A DNA stretch of 64,000 nucleotides, from NCBI RefSeq assembly GCF_009914755.1, contig NC_060931.1; one strand, written 5' to 3'. Each line of letters opens with the position of its first letter. The first letter of the stretch is position 1. This document shows positions 58,102-64,000 of this stretch, in pieces. Under the pieces are notes generated by a model that saw only the letters and a program-made list of their open reading frames with translations, was not told where the DNA came from and did not search any database. Position numbers and translations under genes: made by a program. The DNA is from the human T2T-CHM13v2.0 reference genome, Homo sapiens.

Positions 58102-58240
58102 CCATTATCTGTTTAGTCCACTATTTATGATGGGATTTTCCTCATCCATAGTGAATATCCGCACACGGGGGATATTTGTGGGGATATTCACTACGGATGA
58201 GGAAAATCCCATCATAAATAGTGGACTAAACAGATAATGG
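58102..58240. repeat. Long inverted repeat: 59-bp arms (1 mismatch), 21-nt spacer
   Basis: 58102-58160 is the reverse complement of 58182-58240 except for one A/G. Confidence 0.97.
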
Positions 58241-58424
58241 ACTAAACAGTCTCTAGGGGATGTAGCTGGGAGAAGAGGTGCTGGGTTGTATGGTGGGCTT
58301 TTTCCATTTTGCTACAGTCTGCCAAACCAGCTGTGTGTAAGAGATGTTATGTTTTTAGAATATAATATCATTATGAAACTTCTTTTATGAAGATATTTTG
58401 GCTTTTACATCTTATTCCTATTAA

Positions 58425-58492
58425 CCAGGAGTTGGCACTCTTAAGGCCTGTGGGCCAAATCTGGTCTCCTATCTGTTTTTGTAATTAAAGTT
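58425..58492. mobile_element. MER58-like fragment
   Basis: ggcctgtgggccaaatctgg...tgtttttgtaattaaagtt. Confidence 0.55.
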
Positions 58493-59998
58493 AACTGTAG
58501 TCATCCTACACTGGTATGGAACACTAGAAGTTATTCCTTCTGTTGAGCTATAATTTTGTATCTTTTAACAAATCTCTCTCTATCCCTCCCTTCCCCTATC
58601 CTTCCCAGCTTCTAGTATCCTCTGTTCTACTTTTTAGTTCTAGGAGCCCAACTTTGTTTTGCTTCTCCATAGGAATGAGAACATGCAGTGATTAACTTTC
58701 CGTTCCTGGCTTATTTCGCTTAACATAATAGTGTCCTCTAGTTTCATCCATCTTGCTGCCAATGATTGGATTTTATTCTTTTTTATGGCTGGATGATATT
58801 TCATTGTGTGTATATGCCATGCTTTCCTTATCCATTCATCTGTTGTTGGACACCTGTGTTGATTCCATGTCTTGGCTATTGTGAATAGTGCTGTAGTAAA
58901 GATGTGGGTGCAGATGTCTCTTCGATATACTAATTTCCTTTCCTTTGGATAAATGCCCAGTAGTGGGATTGCTGGATCATATGTTTATTCTATTTGTGGT
59001 TTTTTTGAAGAACCTCTATACTGTTCTCCATAGTGGCTATACTAGTTTGCAGTCCTACCAAAAGTGTATAAGAATTGCCTTTTTTCTGCATTCTCGCCAG
59101 TGTTTGTTGTTATTTATTTATTTATTTTTGGTCTTTTTTACAATAGCCATTCTAACTGGGAGGAGATGATACTACATTGTAGTTTTCATTTGCATTTCTC
59201 TGATAATCATGAGGTTGAGCATTTTTTCATAGATTTGTTGGCCATTTGTATGTCTTCTTTTGAGAAGTATCTGTTCAGATAATTTGACCATTTTTTAATT
59301 GGATTGTTTGTTGTTTTGCTGTTGAGATGTTTGAGTTCCTTGTATATTCTGGACATTAATCCCGTCAGAGAAGCAGTTTGCAAATATTTTCTCCTATAGG
59401 TTGTCCGTCTTTTAACTCTGTTGTTTCCTTTGCTGTGCGGAAGTTTTATTTATAAATAGGACATAATCCTATTTATTTTTGCTTATGTTACCTGTGCTTT
59501 TGAGGTCTTATTCATAAAATATTTTCCCAGACCAATGTCCTGAAGCATTTCCCCTATGTTTTCTTCTAGTAGTTTTATAGTCTTGGACCTTACATTGAGG
59601 TTTTTGGAAGCAATCTACAGTTTTGCTGCAATCTGTATCAAAATACCAATGACATTCTTCATAGAAATAGAAAAACAATCCTAAAATCTGTGTGGAACCA
59701 CAAAAGACCCCAAATAGCCAAAGCAATTCTAAGCAAAAAGTACAAAGCTGGAGGCATCATACTATAAGCTATTGTAACCCAAACTGCATGGTACTGGCAT
59801 CAAAACAGACACACAAACCGATGGAACAGAATAAAGAAGCCAGAAATTCATCCACATATCTACAGCCAACTGATTTTGACAAAGGTGCCAAGAACCGTTG
59901 TCACTGGAGAAAGGACAGTCTCTTCAAAAAGTGGTGTTGGGGAAACTGGATATTCATACACAAAAGAATAAAACTAGACCCCCCCACCTCTCACCCTC
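58493..59998 (-). mobile_element. L1MA-type element with 5' inversion (minus ~58493-59605, plus ~59606-59998)
   Basis: Antisense L1 3' UTR and ORF2 C-terminus switch to sense ORF2 ([12 protein letters not shown]). The two parts are nearly adjacent in L1 order. Confidence 0.82.
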
Positions 59999-62272
59999 TA
60001 TTTTATTGTTTTTAGTTTTGTTTTTTGAATTATCTAATATTCAGCTGCATAAATAAGATGATTTCAGAATGTGATAGAAACAATGGAAAATGGTGATATG
60101 AGGGGGTGGGTGGTGACATTAGGTAGGGTGGTAGAGAGAGTTTGAGAAGATGCCATATGAGCTAAGACCCAGGAGATGAAGAAACCAAAGCTCAGAGAGG
60201 TAAATAATTTGTGCAAATTCACACAGGTAGTTAATGGCAGAGGTTGGATTTTAATTCAAGAATAACTTTAAATATAGGACTCTTTCCTCTGCAATACAGC
60301 TATCTTCTTAAATTCATGTAAACACAATACAAAGATGATACAATAGCATTGTGTGAGAAGCATAAGCAAAATGGTTTAGTTCTGGACTTGGCAACATAGA
60401 AACTAGGGTTCTGATGTGTTGAAATTTGGACTCAGTGCTGATGACTGGGTTTGAATCATAATCCCAGCACTAACTTGGCTGAATCACTTAAACTTGCAGC
60501 CTTTATTGTTTTTTGGTGGGGCGGGGGTGGGAGGGAGCTCATCTGTAAAGTGAGGAGGGTGTTTGGATGATCTCCACGGACTCTTCTGGCTCTCACTTTC
60601 TATGATGCTGTGACTTTAGGAGGTGGCATTTGATCTGGGCTTTGGAGGGTGGGGTGATTTTGACAGGCTGCCTTGTAAATGAGAGGAAAAGGTATTCCAG
60701 GTGGTGAAAACAGTTTGAGCAGAAACACGGTGGCTAGTAACTATAGAAAGGATTCTGGGAATGGCGTGTAATAGTCTGGTTTGACAAGGCTAGAATTTAA
60801 TCCTGCAGAAGACAGGAGAGGCCGGAGGAATCTGGCCTTGAGCTGAGAGAGGGCCTTAAAAGTTACGCTTAGGAGCTGGGAATTGTTTACCTGGAATTGC
60901 AGAATTTGAAAGGTTCTTGGTCCTTTCTTTAGTATCCCTATCCCATGACTGGCTTCTCTGTATATAAATAGTTCTGGTGACAGAGACTTCTCTAGACCAT
61001 CTATTCCATTTTCAGACAGCTCTAAGTATAAGAAAATTCTGAGCATTGAGTCAAAACGTACAGGTTCTACCTATACCTTGTCCAAGGTGTAGATAATGGA
61101 AGATTATAAATGATAAAGGACACGTTTAGGGATATGTAACTCAATGGCCTGAAGTAGAGCTGTGGCAGTAGACATATAATATTATAATACGTACTCCAAA
61201 GCAATAGAAATTTAAAGCCTTTAAAAAGTATTCCAGTCATGAAGTGTGTGTTGAGCACCTATGATAGGTCGGTCACTGACCAAGAATACAGCAATAAGGC
61301 AAAGTTCCTGCTCTCACGTTCTTCTCAGACTCATGGAGAAGATGGACAAGTAGATGATTGTGACAAGGACTCTGGTAGTTCAGGCCAGGAGTACTTAACC
61401 AGCAGATGAAGGTAAGAGGTCAGGAGTCAGGGGCCAGGTAAAGATTTCCTGAAAGTTGAGGAGCGGCCAGATTGACCAGGACAGGAGAGCACTCCAGGGA
61501 GGAGGAGCTTGGAACATGAGTGAACATGGCCTGTTTAAGGAACTGAAAGCTGTTCTATGCCAGATGCGTGGTGCGTGTGAAGTGGCTAGAAGTGAGGTTG
61601 GCATATTAGACAGGGACTTGTCACAAGGGGCTACGTTTGCCATGCTAAGCATTTTAGATTATATCCTGAATTCAGTGAGAAGCCAGTATTCCTAAAAATG
61701 GCTGTCCCCCTCCCCAGTTTATAGAATGAATATTAGAACAAAATTTTAAAAATTAGAACATATAGAAAATATGAAGGAAGAAATAAAAATCACCTTTAAT
61801 ATCATCAACTAGAAATAACTGCTGTTAAAATTTTAGTATATTAGTATAATTTAGCATATTGGTATAATTTTAGTGTATTTCTAACCAAGTATGTTTCTAT
61901 GCATAGGCTCATAAGAAAAGCATGATTTTATTACAAAATATAGTTTGTATCCTGCTTTCTCTAGTGTAATATTGTATGCCAGCATTTCCCAGGCTATGCT
62001 GTTGAAAGTTTTTTGAGAACTTAACTTCTAATGACAACATATAATAGCCCAAAAGGTGACTATAGTTTATTATACTTAAATATCTCATAATGGGTTAAAT
62101 TTTAAGTTGCTTGCATTTTTTTTTTTTTTACTATTACAAATAATGTTGTGATAAACAGCTTTGTAAATTTGTATTAACATCTGCTTATTTCCTTGGGATA
62201 AATCTCGTCATGTCCGTGATTGCCTTTTAAGCAGGAGTGTGATGGACTCACTTGTGTATAAGAGCCTTTATG

Positions 62273-62946
<674 letters not shown>

Positions 62947-62999
62947 ATGATTCTTAAGGTGTATGTTTGCATAACACAGCTTTCATTGAATGTAATGAA

Positions 63000-63700
63000 A
63001 GCTGTCAGCATGTTTTAAATATCAACTCTCGGGGGTTGCAGGGCCTCTAAAGTGGCTGTAGGGAGAAGAGGGTGACAAGAGGTTAATGGTTCTTTTCTCT
63101 GAAATAGGAAATACCAAGGAGGGAAGAACAGGTTTGAAGGGTTGGCCTGGGAAGGGGGAAATTATCATCTCAGTATTAGGTGTGTTGCCTTTAAGGACAC
63201 TCAGGTAAAACTGTCAGGAAGACAGTTGGCAAGAGCAGGATGTTAGGTTGTGGAAGTCATCCCCATGGAGATGCTGATGCTGAGACCCTGGAAATGACAA
63301 CAGTTCTAGAGATCAGGGTGTTTAAGATAAGAGGATGTGGGACATAACCTGCAAGAAGACTTACTCCTAAATCAGAGACAAGGGGAAACTAGAAAAGGAG
63401 CTGTGAGATAAGTATAAAGAAAACCAGAAGAGAATGCTGTTGAAGAAGCCAAGAGAGGCAAGTGTTTCAAAGAAAAAGCCATCAGACTTTCAAATGATGC
63501 AGAGGTCAAACAAGAAAAGGGCGGAGGGTGTCCACGGGAGCAATTTCAGTCACCTGTAAATGGGGACAAGCAGATTCAGATTGTGGGGAGGCAAGCCAGG
63601 TTGTAGCGAAGCAGTGTGGAGTAAACAGAGCCAAGGAAGTTGTGGGCTTTTCTCTAAGATAGCTTGTTTGAGGAGCCGGAAAGGGCAATGGAGGCAGCAG
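63000..63700 (-). mobile_element. L2 fragment
   Basis: Purine-rich L2 antisense phrases (gaaaaccagaagagaatg...gaagccaagagagg...caaatgatgcagaggtca). Confidence 0.55.
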
Positions 63701-64000
63701 AGGGTTCACTTTTTGTTCTGGTTTATATTAAATTAGGAAAGCTAGATTTGCTAATTGTCATATGACTTTGATTACCTCTCCAACATTTGCTTTTTACCAT
63801 GTTTAAAATCCTTTTATTGGTGATTTGTTTTTGGACACAGTATACTCTGTCCAAGCTTCAAATGAAAGCACTGCTCTTTAAGCTCCTAGCATCTTACCTT
63901 AAGTTCTGTTGGAACTGGGTGAGACCTCATGTTTGCGTATGCGGTCTCACTGAGTTTTAGTAAGACTCAGTTTTTAAGCTTCAGCAACTAATATTTGGAA

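Noticed and set aside
58102-58240. Calling the hairpin a known miRNA or MITE
   Set aside because: I do not recognise it as either. It is kept only as an inverted repeat with a hypothesis.

Overview
Human genomic DNA, as shown by an AluYb8 copy and primate L1PA/L1PB copies. The window is the middle of ST7 (suppression of tumorigenicity 7, 7q31) on the + strand. It holds seven internal coding exons with canonical AG/GT ends: 15227-15386, 25459-25513, 26157-26272, 27551-27626, 29790-29858, 31747-31901 and 34101-34198, exons 3-9 of the usual model. They splice into one open frame from [11 protein letters not shown] to AVKMMRD. The rest is intron, filled with Alu, L1, L2, MIR, CR1/L3, MaLR LTR and DNA-transposon relics. 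Most interesting: (1) the 69-nt cassette exon 7 is carved out of the antisense strand of an ancient CR1/L3 LINE endonuclease domain; (2) three TGCATG (RBFOX) motifs sit just upstream of the weak acceptor of the frame-shifting exon 8; (3) a near-perfect 59-bp fold-back hairpin and two smaller fold-back scars look like templated-insertion repair events; (4) exons 3-9 form a phase-0 to phase-0 block flanked by inverted Alus, a potential stop-less circRNA; (5) minus-strand splice, polyA and LTR signals suggest an antisense transcript. No prokaryotic-type system, CRISPR, rRNA or tRNA is evident. Repeat subfamily calls and old-repeat boundaries are by eye and approximate.
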